From: Mobula birostris
Lineage: Eukaryota
DNA length: 64,000 nucleotides
Direction: 5' to 3'
Assembly: GCF_030028105.1 (NCBI RefSeq)
Contig: NC_092374.1
Location: 178,522,057-178,586,056, forward strand
The stretch's first letter is position 1; each line of letters opens with the position of its first letter. The translations under genes and the position numbers were made by a program. Positions 39,601 through 52,419 of the stretch are shown here, piece after piece. The notes beneath the pieces are model-generated. The model saw only the letters and a program-made list of their open reading frames with translations, did not search any database and was not told the origin of the DNA.

Positions 39601-42121
39601 ACTTTGGTCACTGTAAAGCTTCTCTGGTGTGTGCAGGAGAGCAGTAGAATCTGGGGGCAGTTGAGAAGTTTGAAGGAAGGAGAGTAAAATGGGATTATTG
39701 TGTATGGGGATGGATACTCAGCACAGGCTATGTAGGCTGAAGAAAGTGTTTCTGTACCCTGATGCAGGGGAAAGAACCCCATATGCAGAAGGGTCTGACT
39801 TCACCTGATGTTTTTAAGAGTTGTTGCTCTGGTCCTTTGCCTTGTTCTGACTGAAACACAGGCTGTGATGGAGGGGAAAGAGCAGACTGGAGACTGACCT
39901 GACTGTGCTGATTACCTCTATAGGCATGCAGAGTCCCCAGGGTTTGGGAAAATCCCTGTCCAGCTTCAGGTGACTAAAAAATGTACTCTCACCTCACTGC
40001 AGGAATGCTTGAAGTAGACATGGCATCCCTGTGTTATTCAGTGCTACCTCCCTGTGTTTGTGAGGCACCTAGGGGAGAGTTATTGGGGGAATATGCGTGG
40101 TCCCAGCACTGAATATGGTCCAGGGGGTGTCTGGGTTCAGTGAGTGCTTCAGTCCCACAGGTTGTTCTGAAACTTGAAGTAAGATCATCAAGCGCTACAA
40201 GTAATTTTTTTATTATCCATGGGATTTCTGCATTTTGGTGATCTTTTCAAACATATAGCTCCTCCAAGCCTATAAGATGTCCAGGAAATGTTTTACCATC
40301 CATAAATCCTGCTGGAGTGTAGCCAAGTTGTGAAGTAGGAATGGGGTATTCTATATGTGAACAGCAAGATCCCACCCAGAGGATCAGTTTAAGGTGAATG
40401 GAGGGAAGTTTATGGGAGATGTCAAAAGTAGTTTTTCTGACAGTGAATGGCGGGTGTCTGGAATGCACTGCTGGGGGTGGTGGTAGATACTGATACAACA
40501 GGGATATTTAGAAGTCTCTTAGATAGGCACATGGATGTAACGAAAATAGAGGGTTTGATGCAGTGCTAGGAGGAAAGATTAAGACTGATCACGCAGTACA
40601 TTTCTATTGGTCAAAACAACATCATGGGCTAAAGGGACTGTACTGTGCTCTACTGCTCCATGAAACACAAGTGTAGAAATATTGCTGAACTGCTCTCCGA
40701 TCATGCAGCATTCACTTAATACCATCTCTGAGAATGCAACCCATTCTCAGCACAGCATCCTCCCCACCCCACCCCCAGGGTGCAGACATGCAATGCTACA
40801 CCATTGCCCCACTACCAAGTATTTGACCATGCTCTGCTCCCTCTGTGCAGCAGTGCAGCTCACCAATGCCACAGTGCTCCCCCAGCACTGCACCTTTGAC
40901 ACTGCATCACTCTGTCAGCAACGGTCTTTCAGATAATTCACTTCTGAATGTGAATCAGTGTCATTGCAGCAATGGTGGAGTCCATCACTCCAGAAGTATA
41001 GTACTTCCCTGTAATTATCAATTTGGATTACACCAGGTGAAAATGCCCTTGAATGGAATTAGTCCCAAATCTATGTAGCCAGACCAATCATCTCCCTGCA
41101 ATCAAGGGGCAAAAAGCATTCTGATCCATCTGTGCATGTTCAAAGTCTTTGGCATTGATTTCTCAGCTCTGTTCTGTCTTCCCCAGTCTAGCTCTTCATG
41201 TTTCTATTTGTAGCAGCACTTAGCCATAGAGAGACTGGCCCTTCAGCCTGCTGAGTCTGTGTCATCCCACTTCCTGCATTTCACTCTCTCCACATTTTCA
41301 TGGACTCCTCACCCTCTCCCCAGATTTCATACTCACTCACACACTAGGAGGAACTTATAACTGTTTGCTAACTTAACAAGGAACATAAGGGAAATTTCTT
41401 GGATGGGGAAGGAAACCGGAACACCTGGCGGAAACCAATATGGTCACAGAGTTTGCAACCAAAGCACAACGACGAGAGGAAGTTGAGTTACACAAGGCAC
41501 CTGATCCAGATAATTCAGATTTGCTCGTTCTCCCTTAACCCCTTGGAATTCTTCCTGGGTGGTTTGGTTTCCTCCCTCATCCCAATGATTCACGGGTAGC
41601 TGCATTAATTGTCAACTGTAAATTGCTGCTAGTGTCTGGGTGATGGGCAGAATCTGAGCAGAAGACTGTGTTAACATGGGGAGAATGAAATAAAAATATA
41701 GGACTAGTAAAACTTGTTGCTTGTTAGGCAGTGTGGACACTGGGCTGGATAGCCTGTTTCTGTGCTGTGTAACTTTGATGACATTTTGCTTTTCAAACAG
41801 GCATTCAGCTTAGTTGTATCAGTTGGTTCTTTTTGCACAATTAGACTGTTAACTCCCTGTTGTTTTCTTGCGCACAGACGTAGACTTATATGGCACAGAA
41901 CTAGACCCTTTGACCCACCAAGTTTATGCTGGCTATCAACCACCCATTTGCTCAAATTCCACACTGATCCCATTTTGTTTGTCACACATTTCAATAATTT
42001 CCCCCAATTCCCACACATTAGAGACAATTTACAGCAGCCAATTTACCTCCTACCCTGTTTTGCCTTTAGAATGAGGAGAGAAAAGTGAAGCACTTGGGGG
42101 AACCTGGTGGGGTCACAGAAG

Positions 42122-42807
42122 TGTAAGGGGTTTCTTCTTTTATGTTACTGCATAGGCTAATTGAAATGGCTTCTTTGTTATGTTAACTGCTGAGGAAGTT
42201 CTCCCGCTAGCAGCTTGTTTGCGTTATGTTATTGATGGGAGAGCAAATGAAACAATTGGAATGGATGTCGGTTTTTCTAGTGTGTCTGTAAGTTATTGTG
42301 ATGCGTGGGATTTTGGGGAGAAGGCGCGATAGAGAGAGAGAGAATGGACAAGGTGCTGTGAGCCGGTTAATGGGGTCGGACCCTGAGCAGGAGTCTGAGG
42401 TCCAGGGTCTTTGGTGAGGAGAGGAGATGGAGACAGACTCATGTGACTTCTGATCGACCACTGTGGTTGTTCCCAGGCGGCAGGTCGAGGTGGTCAGAGG
42501 GGATCGAATGGTGAAGAGAGGATCGTTACTGAAGCACCAACTGTTGTGCACAAACAGACTGAACCTTGATAAGTGTGGCGCCTTTTATTTTCCTTTTATA
42601 TTTTATTTCTATTAATTACATAGTTCTAGTAATATCTATAGACTGTAATTCATTTAATCATATATGGTGTATTGTCTGTTATTTGGCAGGGTGGGGTACG
42701 TCACAAGCATCCACACAAATTTAGTTACCCAGTTTGGCGGGGCCGAGGGCTGTTTCCCTAGATGACTGCAAGTTGAGCAAACCTGAGGCTGGCCAGGAGG
42801 GCAAACA
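42122..42807 (+). mobile_element. Solo LTR, same family as 12031-12739
   Basis: Shared start TGTAAGGGG..TTTTATGTTACTGCATAGGCTAATT and shared 3' end; no matching TSD visible. Confidence 0.82.
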
Positions 42808-44226
42808 TTTAATATCCCCTGTTCACTGGAGTTTTCATCCTTGCCTTTCTCTGTATCTCTCTTGTACTCTGTATCTTCACTTGTCAGGTGTCATTTAACT
42901 TGCAAGAATTTCTGCCAATCTACTTTTGTGTCATTCCCGCCTATACTATTCTGATCAAACTTCTACCAATTTAGGACAGGATATCAGTCGTGGTTGAAAC
43001 CTGGAAAGTATGGCACGCTGAGGAAGGGGGAAGAATGTGGCAGGGTGGGTTGTGGGAAAGGGACTGCAATAGGAGGAAGAACACCCGAAGGATGGTGAAG
43101 GGAGAACCCACTGGGGAGTGCAAGAGCACAGGGAGGGAAAGTCATGGCCATACAGCATGAAACAGGCCATTCAGTCCATCATGTCCATGTCAACCAGTGA
43201 GTGCCCTTCCTTATTCAACTAATCTTCCAACAATTGTTCCTTTGTCTTCTGCAGCTGGGAGATTCAAGTGTTTGTCCAGACACAACTTCAATGATTCTGC
43301 TTCCACAACTAACTGGCAATATGTTCCAGATACTCACCGCTCTCTGGATGAAAAGGTTTTCATTTGAATCTTTTCCCTATCACCCAAGTCGATTACCTCT
43401 ATAAATACCTGTGACACAAGGAGTAGAGTCTTGTACTCGATCTATACTCAATGTAATTTCAGGACCCCTCTAAACAGCCTCTGTCCCGGGGAGAACAAAC
43501 CCAGCCTCTCCAGCCTCTTCTCATAAATCAAACATTCTAGGATGCATCTCTTCTCCTTCCTCTATACTCTTCGCACATCCTTCTTGTAGTGTGGAACCGC
43601 ACGCAGACTCCAACTGAGTGGGGGAGGAGAGGGCACATAGTGTAGTCGACAGGGTATGAGGGAGAGAAGGGATGCATGAAGGAACGTCGGAGAGCGTACG
43701 GGGTGGGGAAGGGTTGGGGAAAGCGTGCGGGGTTAGAGAGCGCTTGGGCGGGACGGGAGCGCGTGCACGAATGAAGAACGCGCACGTAGGAAAAGGACAG
43801 GGTGGGGTGTAAGCAAGTGAGGAAGTGGGGGTTGGGAGAGGGATAGGTGCAGCTTGGGGAGCAATGAGTTTGCAAGGAAGTCCGCACTGGCGTCTGGCAG
43901 TGTATTGGACAAAAGTGTAATCCTAGTTGTCCAGGAGCGAGGGCGCAAGAGACGAGATCCGGAGAATCGAGTGCATAGAGACACGTGAATAAGCAGTCGC
44001 TAGAATTTAGAGCAGAAACCAAAATTCTGGGGGATCTCGTGTGGAGGGAAGTGGTGAGTTGACGTTTTGGAATCTTATCTCTACTCTCAGCCCTTCACAT
44101 AGCCGGCTACCTGCCCTTTACCCTTCCAGTCCAGATGAAGTACTTTGACCCAAAACGTCGTCTGTGCATTTCCCTTCATAGATGCTGCCTGACCCGCTGA
44201 GTTCTTGCATCAGTTTTGTTTTACAG

Positions 44227-44307
44227 CAGGGATTCCCAGCCTGGGGTCCATGGCCCCCTTGCTTAATTATATTGGTCGATGGAATTAAAAAAGATTGGGA
44301 ACCCCTG
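44227..44307. mobile_element. Small hAT-type MITE
   Basis: TIRs CAGGGATTCCCA...TGGGAACCCCTG, 81 bp; flanks ttttacag / ttgtatac look like a decayed 8-bp TSD. Confidence 0.55.
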
Positions 44308-44737
44308 TTGTATACAGCGACTGGAGACGGTTTGTGGTGATCATCTCCCGGGAGGGTCCTGGAAACCTGCCCAGAGATGTGTCAGTGACTGGGTGTTGCT
44401 GCCTGCGCCTCTCTGTCGCGGTCTGCATGTGCCCACATCCTTACTGGAAGTGGTTCGGCTCCGCATCCTCCACTACACATCCTGTGCCTGGCCGGCTGTC
44501 TACCGGCCCGCCTCCCTCCCTCCCTCCCTCCCCCGCTCCCCCCCTCCCCCTCCTCCCCACTCCAGAGCAGCGGCGGGCTGGTTATTTCTGCAGGAAGATT
44601 TTTAGTTACAGGAGTTCTTACTGGCTGCTCCTTGTAGCAGGCACTATTTACCCCCGAACTGCCTCCGTGAATCTTATCTGCGCCCTCAGCAGTTTATTGA
44701 CCAACGAGTAGATTTGTCGAGGTGAGGAGACATCGCA

Positions 44738-44813
44738 ATGGAGAGTTGGAACGGACCGGGATCTCTCCTTTTCACCATATTGTCTCTCTGCTCTGTTGCG
44801 GGAAGCCAGACAG
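44738..44813 (+). CDS. MHC class I-like gene B, leader exon
   Basis: GCAATGG start, MESWNGPGSLLFTILSLCSVAGSQT + G, donor GTAAGG. Phase 1 joins the alpha1 exon (G|TC = V-SHSL). Confidence 0.78.
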
Positions 44814-45339
44814 GTAAGGCGAGGGTGAGTGATGGTTTTAAAGGTCTGGAGTTGCGCTTTGGAAACTCACCCCTAATCTTCTGGAGATCCCAGACATGCC
44901 CCCATTAGACTGGAGGACTGGTGCATCACACTCATGTGTCCTACAGAAGAAATCCAAGATACTGGGGAATTTTTGGAGTCTATAAGTTCGGGATAAAATT
45001 ATCACTGAAAATGTTCAAGTGGCGTTTGAGATCTGTCGCGGGTTCCAAAAGATCTTTTTTCTCTGTGAAGTTTAATGGCAGTAGGCAGGCCAACATAAGG
45101 TGCATTATCGCCACCTACTGAGTTGGGGTGTGTAATGAAGAGACAGGAATTATATCCACGAAATCACCCCGCCCGCTCCCTCCCACACACACACACACAC
45201 CATCACCAAGAAAACCTCAAACAATATCAAAAAGTCTGATGCTCATCACAATGAAAGTCAATGCTCACTTAAACACATTACATGGCAGTGGTATCCTAAC
45301 AAACTTTCCATGTTTACCTGTGTGCCAAAGATCGCAATT

Positions 45340-46480
45340 TAGCAATGAGAAGTTTCCTTTCCACCTCTTAGGAGCTACATTCAAACAATATATGCTGCAC
45401 TGTTTCTTGACAAATACACTCACTGCAGATGCCAACATCATGCACATTATTCAACTTAGTATGTCCAATATGTAAATGTGTAAGTAAGACTTCTCTCCTT
45501 TTATATCCATCTCCCAGTTGAGTTCCCACCATCCTCTGAATTTTATATAAAAGCCGTTGTTTTATTCCTTTATCCCAACTGAAAAGGTACTTCACCCATT
45601 TCTCCCAGTAATAGTAGAATTTGGGAGATTTGATGGTACCACAACATAATCTGAATGCGTGAGATTGAACTTTATCTCGGGTCTTTAAGACCACTGGTGA
45701 GGCAACACATCCATAATCAAATACAGATTAAAGCAATATACATTTACTTAAGTGACCTCCCACTCACACCCAACTAAGCAACTGAGCACGTTAACGACAT
45801 TTCTCTGGAATTTTATTCACATGCACTGTCCATGTTAGCCTTGTATCCATCTACATACCATCTACAAACAAAAAGCTTCACCAGTATCTCTTGTTTAAGT
45901 GATGTAATATAAAGCTTGAGATCATGTGTGGGTGTAATGTTCCTTTCAGTAAAACAAAATTTAGATTGTCCAAGAGAAAATTTAAACACACACCGACATC
46001 ACCAGTTTTTCTACTTCATTAATAGCTGCCTGCATTTTCCTAACTATTTAATTTATGTCCTTGCCTCTCTTCCACACTGCAGCATTCCTTCATCAGCATA
46101 TAATGATCTGGAAATATCTAAGCCAACAATTAAGAAGATACCATTAATCATAATAAAAAGGAGTGGGGTCCCATTCTCTATTTCATACTCCTCAAAAAAA
46201 GGTGTTTCTACCCTAACTTGTATCTCCTTATCATTTAAAACATCTACCACTTATTGCCATCTTTTCCAGTTTAAGCAGCAACCCTTGTGTCCATAACAAA
46301 TAAGCTCTCTCTGGATCAAAGAAAACTGCCACCACTGGTTCTTTATTAACTTGGGCCTTAAGAATATCAAATTCCAAACTTAATACCAAGTCCATCATCA
46401 TTCTTTCTACGAAATCCAGATGGGTATACAGCCTATAGGAAGCCTTGTGATAACTATTTGTTCCGTTACCTTACATACAT
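45340..46480 (-). mobile_element. I-clade (RNase H-type) LINE fragment
   Basis: IENGTP (RT), FRLCCGTIKSP and HIGHTKLN...CSEC...ETVQHILFEC (C-terminal zinc motif). Confidence 0.65.
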
Positions 46481-46778
46481 GTGAAATTAGCAAAGTAGGT
46501 CTATATAATAATAAGTACTTTATTGATTCCAAGAGGGGAAATCTTTCATTACAGTAGCAGCATTTAAAAACACACAGCAGTGTGCAGACTAACTAACAAT
46601 AATGTACAGCATAATAACATACCAATGTTCAATAAAATGCAATAATAATGTATGAAATAATAAAGCAGGGACTAATGTACTAGGATTTGTGTTCTGTCAC
46701 AATGAGATGAATTGTTGTATATGCTTCAAAGTTGCTGGTGAACGCAGCAGGCCAGGCAGCATCTCTAGGAAGAGGTGC

Positions 46779-46814
46779 AGTCGACGTTTCAGGCCGAGAC
46801 CCTTCGTCAGGACT
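46779..46814 (-). ncRNA. Minimal type I hammerhead ribozyme motif (Penelope)
   Basis: AGTC-CTGACGA-AGG(GTCTCGG)CCT-GAAA-C-GTC-GACT on the - strand. Confidence 0.8.
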
Positions 46815-49800
46815 AACTGAAGGAAGAGTGAGTAAGGGATTTGAAAGTAGGGGGGGAGGGGGAGATCCAAAATGATAGGAGAAGACAGGAGGGGGAGGGA
46901 TAGAGCCAAGAGCTGGACAGGTGATAGGCAAAAGGGGATACGAGAGGATCATGGGACAGGAGGTCCGGGAAGAAAGACAAGGAGGCGGGGGGGGGGGGGA
47001 AGACCCAGAAGATGGGCAAGAGGTATATTCAGAGGGACAGAGGGAGAAAAAGGAGAGTGAGAGGAAGAATGTGTGCATAAAAATAAGTAACAGATAGGGT
47101 ACGAAGGGGAGGTGGGGCCTTAGCAGAAGTTGGAGAAGTCGATGTTCATGCCATCAGGTTGGAGGCTACCCAGACGGAATATAAGGTGTTGTTCCTCCAA
47201 CCTGAGTGTGGCTTCATCTTTACAGTAGAGGAAGCCATGGATAGACATGTCAGAATGGGAATGGAATATGGAATTAAAATGTGTGGCCACTGGGAGATCC
47301 TGCTTTCTCTGGTGGACAGAGCGTAGATGTTCAGCAAAGCGGTCTCCCAGTCTGCGTCGGATCTCACCAATATATAAAAGGCCACACCGGGAGCACCAGA
47401 CGCAGTATATCACCCCAGCCGACTCACAGGTGAAGTGTTGCCTCACTTGGAAGGACTATTTGGGGCCCTGAAAGGTGGGAAGGGAGGAAGTGTAAGGGCA
47501 TGTGTAGCACTTGTTCCGCTTACACGGATAAGTGCCAGGAGGGAGATCAGTGGGGAGGGATGGGGAGGACGAATGGACAAGGGAGTTGCGTAGGGAGCGA
47601 TCCCTGCGGAATGCAGAGAGAGGCGGGGAGGGAAAGATGTGCTTAGTGGTGGGATCCCGTTGGAGGTGGCGGAAGTTACGGAGAATAATATGTTGGACCC
47701 GGAGGCTGGTGGGGTGGTAGGTGAGGACCAGGGGAACCCTGTTCCTAGTGGGGTGGCTGGAGGATGGAGTGAGAGCAGATGTACGTGAAATGGGGGAGAT
47801 GAGTTTAAGAGCAGAGTTGATAGTGGAGGAAGGGAAGCCCCTTTCTTTAAAAAAGGAAGACATCTCCATCATCCTAGAATGAAAAGCCTCATCCTGAGAG
47901 CAGATGCGGCGGAGACGGAGGAATTGCGAGAAGGGGATGGCGTTTTTGCAAGAGACAGGGTGAGAAGAGGAATTGTCCAGATAGCTGTGAGAGTCAGTAG
48001 GCTTATAGTAGACATCAGTGGATAAGCTGTCTCCAGAGACAGAGACAGAAAGATCTAGAAAGGGGGGGGAGGTGTCGGAAATGGACCAGGTAAACTTGAG
48101 GGCAGGGTGAAAGTTGGAGGCAAAGTTAATAAAGTCAACGAGTTCTGCATGCGTGCAGGAAGCAGCGCCAATGCAGTCGTCGATGTAGCGAAGGAAAAGT
48201 GGGGGACAGATACCAGAATAGGCACGGAACATAGATTGTTCCACAAACCCAACGAAAAGGCAGGCATAGCTAGGACCCATACGGGTGCCCATAGCTACAC
48301 CTTTAGTTTGGAGGAAGTGGGAGGAGCCAAAGGAGAAATTATTAAGAGTAAGAACTAATTCCGCTAGACGGAGCAGAGTGGTGGTAGGGGGGAACTGATT
48401 AGGTCTGGAATCCAAAAAGAAGCGTAGAGCTTTGAGACCTTCCTGATGGGGGTTGGAAGTATATAAAGACTGGACATCCATCGTGAAAATAAAGCGGTGG
48501 GGGCCAGGGAACTTAAAATCATCGAAAAGTTTAAGAGCGTGAGAAGTGTCACGAACATAGGTCGGAAGGGATTGAACAAGGGGGGATAAAACCGTGTCGA
48601 GGTATGCAGAAACGAGTTCGGTGGGGCAGGAGCAAGCTGAGACAATAGGTCGGCCAGGACAGGCAGGTTTGTGGATCTTGGGTAGGAGGTAGAAACGGGA
48701 AGTGCGGGGTGTGGGAACTATAAGGTTGGTAGCAGTGGATGGGAGATCCCCTGAGCGGATAAAGTCAGTGATGGTGTGGGAGACAATGGCCTGGTGCTCC
48801 TCAGTGGGGTCACGATCGAGGGGTAAATAAGAGGAGGTATCCGCGAGTTGTCACTGTGCCTCGGCAAGGTAGAGGTCAGTACGCCAGACTACAACAGCAC
48901 CCCCCTTATCGGCGGGTTTAATAATAAGGTTAGGATTAGTGCGGAGGGAGTGGAGAGCAGAGCGTTCCGAAGGAGTGAGGTTGGAATGGGAACAAGGTGC
49001 GGTGAAGTCGAGACTGTTGATGTCCCGTCGGCAGTTAGCGATAAAGAGATCCAGAGCAGGCAGAAGGCCAGAGCGGGGTGCCCATGAAGAAGAGGAGGGT
49101 TGAAGACGGGAGAAGGGGTCATCGGTGGGGGTGGAAGAGTCCTTGCCGAAGAAGTAGGCTCGGAGACGGAGACGGCGGAAGAAAAGTTCCGCATCATGGC
49201 GAACACGGAACTCGCTGAGATGTGGGCGAAGGGGGACAAACGTGAGGATCCGGGTCCAACATATTATTCTCCGTAACTTCTGCCACCTCCAACGGGATCC
49301 CACCACTAAGCACAGCTTTCCCTCCCCCCCCCCCCCCAAGCCCCGCATTCCGCAGGGATCGCTCCCTACACAACTCCCTTGTCCATTCGTCCCCCCCATC
49401 CCTCCCTACTGATCTCCCTCCTGGCACTTATCCGTGTAAGCGGAACAAGTGCTACACATGCCCTTACACTTCGTCCCTTACCACCATTCAGGGCCCCAAA
49501 CAGTCCTTCCAGGTGAGGCAACACTTCACCTGTGAGTCGGCTGGAGTGATATACTGCGTCTGGTGCTCCCGATGTGGCCTTTTATATATTGGCGAGACCC
49601 GACGCAGACTGGGAGACCGCTTTGCTGAACATCTACGCTCTGTCCGCCTGAGAAAGCAGGATCTCCCAGTGGCCACACATTTTAATTCCACATTCCATTC
49701 CCATTCTGACATGTCTATCCACGGCCTCCTCTACTGTAAAGATGAAGCCACACTCAGGTTGGAGGAACAACACCTTATATTCCGTCTGGGTAGCCTCCAA

Positions 49801-50134
49801 CCTGATGGCATGAACATCGACTTCTCTAACTTCCGCTAAGGCCCCACCTCCCCCTCGTACCCCATCTGTTATTTATTTTTATGCACACATTCTTCCTCTC
49901 ACTCTCCTTTTTCTCCCTCTGTCCCTCTGAATATACCTCTTGCCCATCCTCTGGGTACCCCCGCCCCTTGTCTTTCTTCCCGGACCTCCTGTCCCATGAT
50001 CCTCTCGTATCCCCTTTTGCCTATCACCTGTCCAGCTCTTGGCTCTATCCCTCCCCCTCCTGTCTTCTCCTATCATTTTGGATCTCCCCCTCCCCCTCCT
50101 ACTTTCAAATCCCTTACTCACTCTTCCTTCAGTT

Positions 50135-50170
50135 AGTCCTGACGAAGGGTCTCGGCCTGAAACGTCGACT
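50135..50170 (+). ncRNA. Minimal type I hammerhead ribozyme motif (Penelope), sense to gene B
   Basis: Intact CTGACGA and GAAA cores, stem I AGTC/GACT, stem II AGG/CCT, GTC cleavage triplet at 50164-50166. Confidence 0.82.
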
Positions 50171-51135
50171 GCACCTCTTCCTACAGATGCTGCCCGGCCT
50201 GCTGCATTCACCAGCAACTTTGATGTGTGTTGCTTGAATTTCCAGCATCTGCAGAATTCCTGTTGTTTGTTGTATATGCTTATTGCATTTGGTAGGAATG
50301 ATTTTCTGTAGCAATCCTTATGACGGCAGAGCTGAATGAGTCTATTCGAAAAGGTGCTCCGCTACTTATTCCGTAGGTAATGGAGAGGATGTTCCAGATT
50401 GTCTATAATGGATAACAGTTTGTTTTGTGACCTCCTCTCCACCATTTAGTCAAAAGAGTCTGGTTTTGTAGCCAAGGCCGGATCCAGCCTTTGTGATGAG
50501 TTTATTTAGTCTTTTTGCATCACCAGCTCCAATGCTGCTCCCCCAACAAAAAGCAGCAAAGAAGACTTGCTACAACAGACTGGTAAAAGATCTACAATAT
50601 CCTGCTACACACGTTGAAGGATCTCAGCTTCCCTAAATTTCAACCACAATTGACTCATAAACAACCCCAAACTCCAAAAGTCTACTGTATATGCTATCCC
50701 ATTTTTGGCAAATGTAGACACTCCTCCATTGCCCATTTTCCGATCATGGCTTATGTTAACATAACTTTGTATTTTGAGACTGACAGGATTTCAACCAGGT
50801 TTCCTGTACACATGACATCAAGTTTATTTGGTAAATCTGCAATAAATTTCTTATCCTCTTGACCACTAGCTAACAGGCTTCTAGAATTCCATTGTAAGAT
50901 TAAATGCCATTAACAACTCTCTTTTGAAATGTGAACATTTTTACTCCTTGAAAGGCATCATTAATAGCTTCTAGTATTTTATGTCAATGTTTTTCTTCTG
51001 CTTTTCACATAATTTTAATATTTGTCCTATTTCAGTTTGTGCTGTACAATTTACCACATCTGCCATGAAAGTTTATCAACAATTAGAGAATCCTTTGTTA
51101 TACAATTATGTACTTTACACAATGCCACTAAACTA

Positions 51136-51753
51136 CAAGAGGTGATTGATAAGTTCGTGGCCTCAGGTTGCAGGAGTCAGTTTTAGAATACCTAGCACAT
51201 TTATTTTTCCTACATTTACACACTTAGTCCAACAATTGTGGAACATACGGATCCCTTCAGTGTAGAAGCCTGTTGGACCTCCAGAAAGTGGTCCACGGCA
51301 CGGGTTATTGATAAGTTCATGGCCTGAGGTAGAAGGAGATATTATTAACTTCAAACTTTCTGCATTTTCACTCAAAGAGTTGAACTGCACGTGCATGCAA
51401 CAAGAGCTGTATAACCCATCTCCTTCTACCTAAGGCCACAAACTTAACAATCACGCCTGCTGTGGACCACCTGGAGGTCCAAGACGCTCTCATTACATGC
51501 ACGTGCAGTTCAACTCTTTGAGTGATAATGCAGAAAGTTTGAAGTTAATAAATCCGCTCCTTCTCCCTTAAGCCACGAAGTTATCAATCACCCCTGCTGT
51601 GGACCACTTCTACAAAGAAGGGATCTGTATGCTCCACGACCGCTGGACTATGTGTGTACATGTAAAAGAGGACTATGTTGAAAAATAAATGTGCTAGGTT
51701 TTCTAAAATTGACTCCTTCTACCTTGGGCCATGAACTTGTCAATCACCCCTTG
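51136..51753. mobile_element. Mariner-derived foldback MITE
   Basis: TA flanks (51134-51135, 51754-51755), TIR CAAGAGGTGATTGATAAGTTCGTGGCC, internal TIR copies. The arm encodes the mariner C-terminus FYKEGI..L..RW..C....DYVEK*. Confidence 0.85.
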
Positions 51754-52419
51754 TATCTGCATTCTGGATGTTAGTAGATCCCATTGATACTGTCTTCTAT
51801 ATTTTCTGCAGAGCCTCTGCATATGATATACCTATTTCCACCTGAAAATGCTGCCACTTCCACAACATTATGCAGGACATCCTGGATAATCAGAGCTACG
51901 TTTTCCTCCACAGTTGCTACAAATCCTTAGTTACTGTGATTGATTTATATTGGAAGCAGATCCACATTCAAACCTCAACAAAACCTTAAACTCTTCCTTC
52001 CTTCTTTTATTTAAATCCTATCTACTGCCTTCATCACTGGAAGATAAGCCTCTACAATCTTCAATAAGCTATTTATTTTTCCGTTTCCCAGAAATCTGCC
52101 ATTTGACCTCCTCCAGTCGCTACCTCTGAGATCTCCGTCACTTCCTGCCATCTCTACCCCCTTCCTGCCTGAGAGAAAACTCCCAACAGTGGGCTTAGTC
52201 CATTGTTCCAACCCCAATCAGCTTAATTAGCTTGGTGGATGACTTGCGAGCGTACGCAAACCTTCCCAGCCCCTCAAATGCCCAAAGATGACAGCCGCAT
52301 CACCTTAACACAGACATCACACTAGAACAATTAATCTAATCTTAACTGCCCCATTAAGACAGTCTGTTACACGTCACCAAGGAAATAGATTTTGTTCGAC
52401 CCAAAGACCTTGCCTTCCT

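Larger units (their letters stand above)
43590..44830. promoter_or_regulatory. CpG-rich putative promoter region of gene B
   Basis: Visibly higher CpG density than the flanks, directly upstream of and including the leader exon. Confidence 0.55.
46727..50266 (-). mobile_element. Penelope-like element (RT + GIY-YIG) with about 1-kb inverted termini and a 15-bp TSD
   Basis: - strand RT (KPADKGG, MDVQSLYTS, GVAMGT, RYIDD) and GIY-YIG (GVIYC...LYIGE) in one frame with stops at 48851-48853 and 47456-47458. Inverted + copy at about 49250-50266. TSD TTGTTGTATATGCTT at 46712-46726 and 50267-50281. Confidence 0.92.

Noticed and set aside
44370-44384. X1/X2-like CCCAGAGATGTGTCA upstream of gene B
   Set aside because: No Y box or S box at the required spacing
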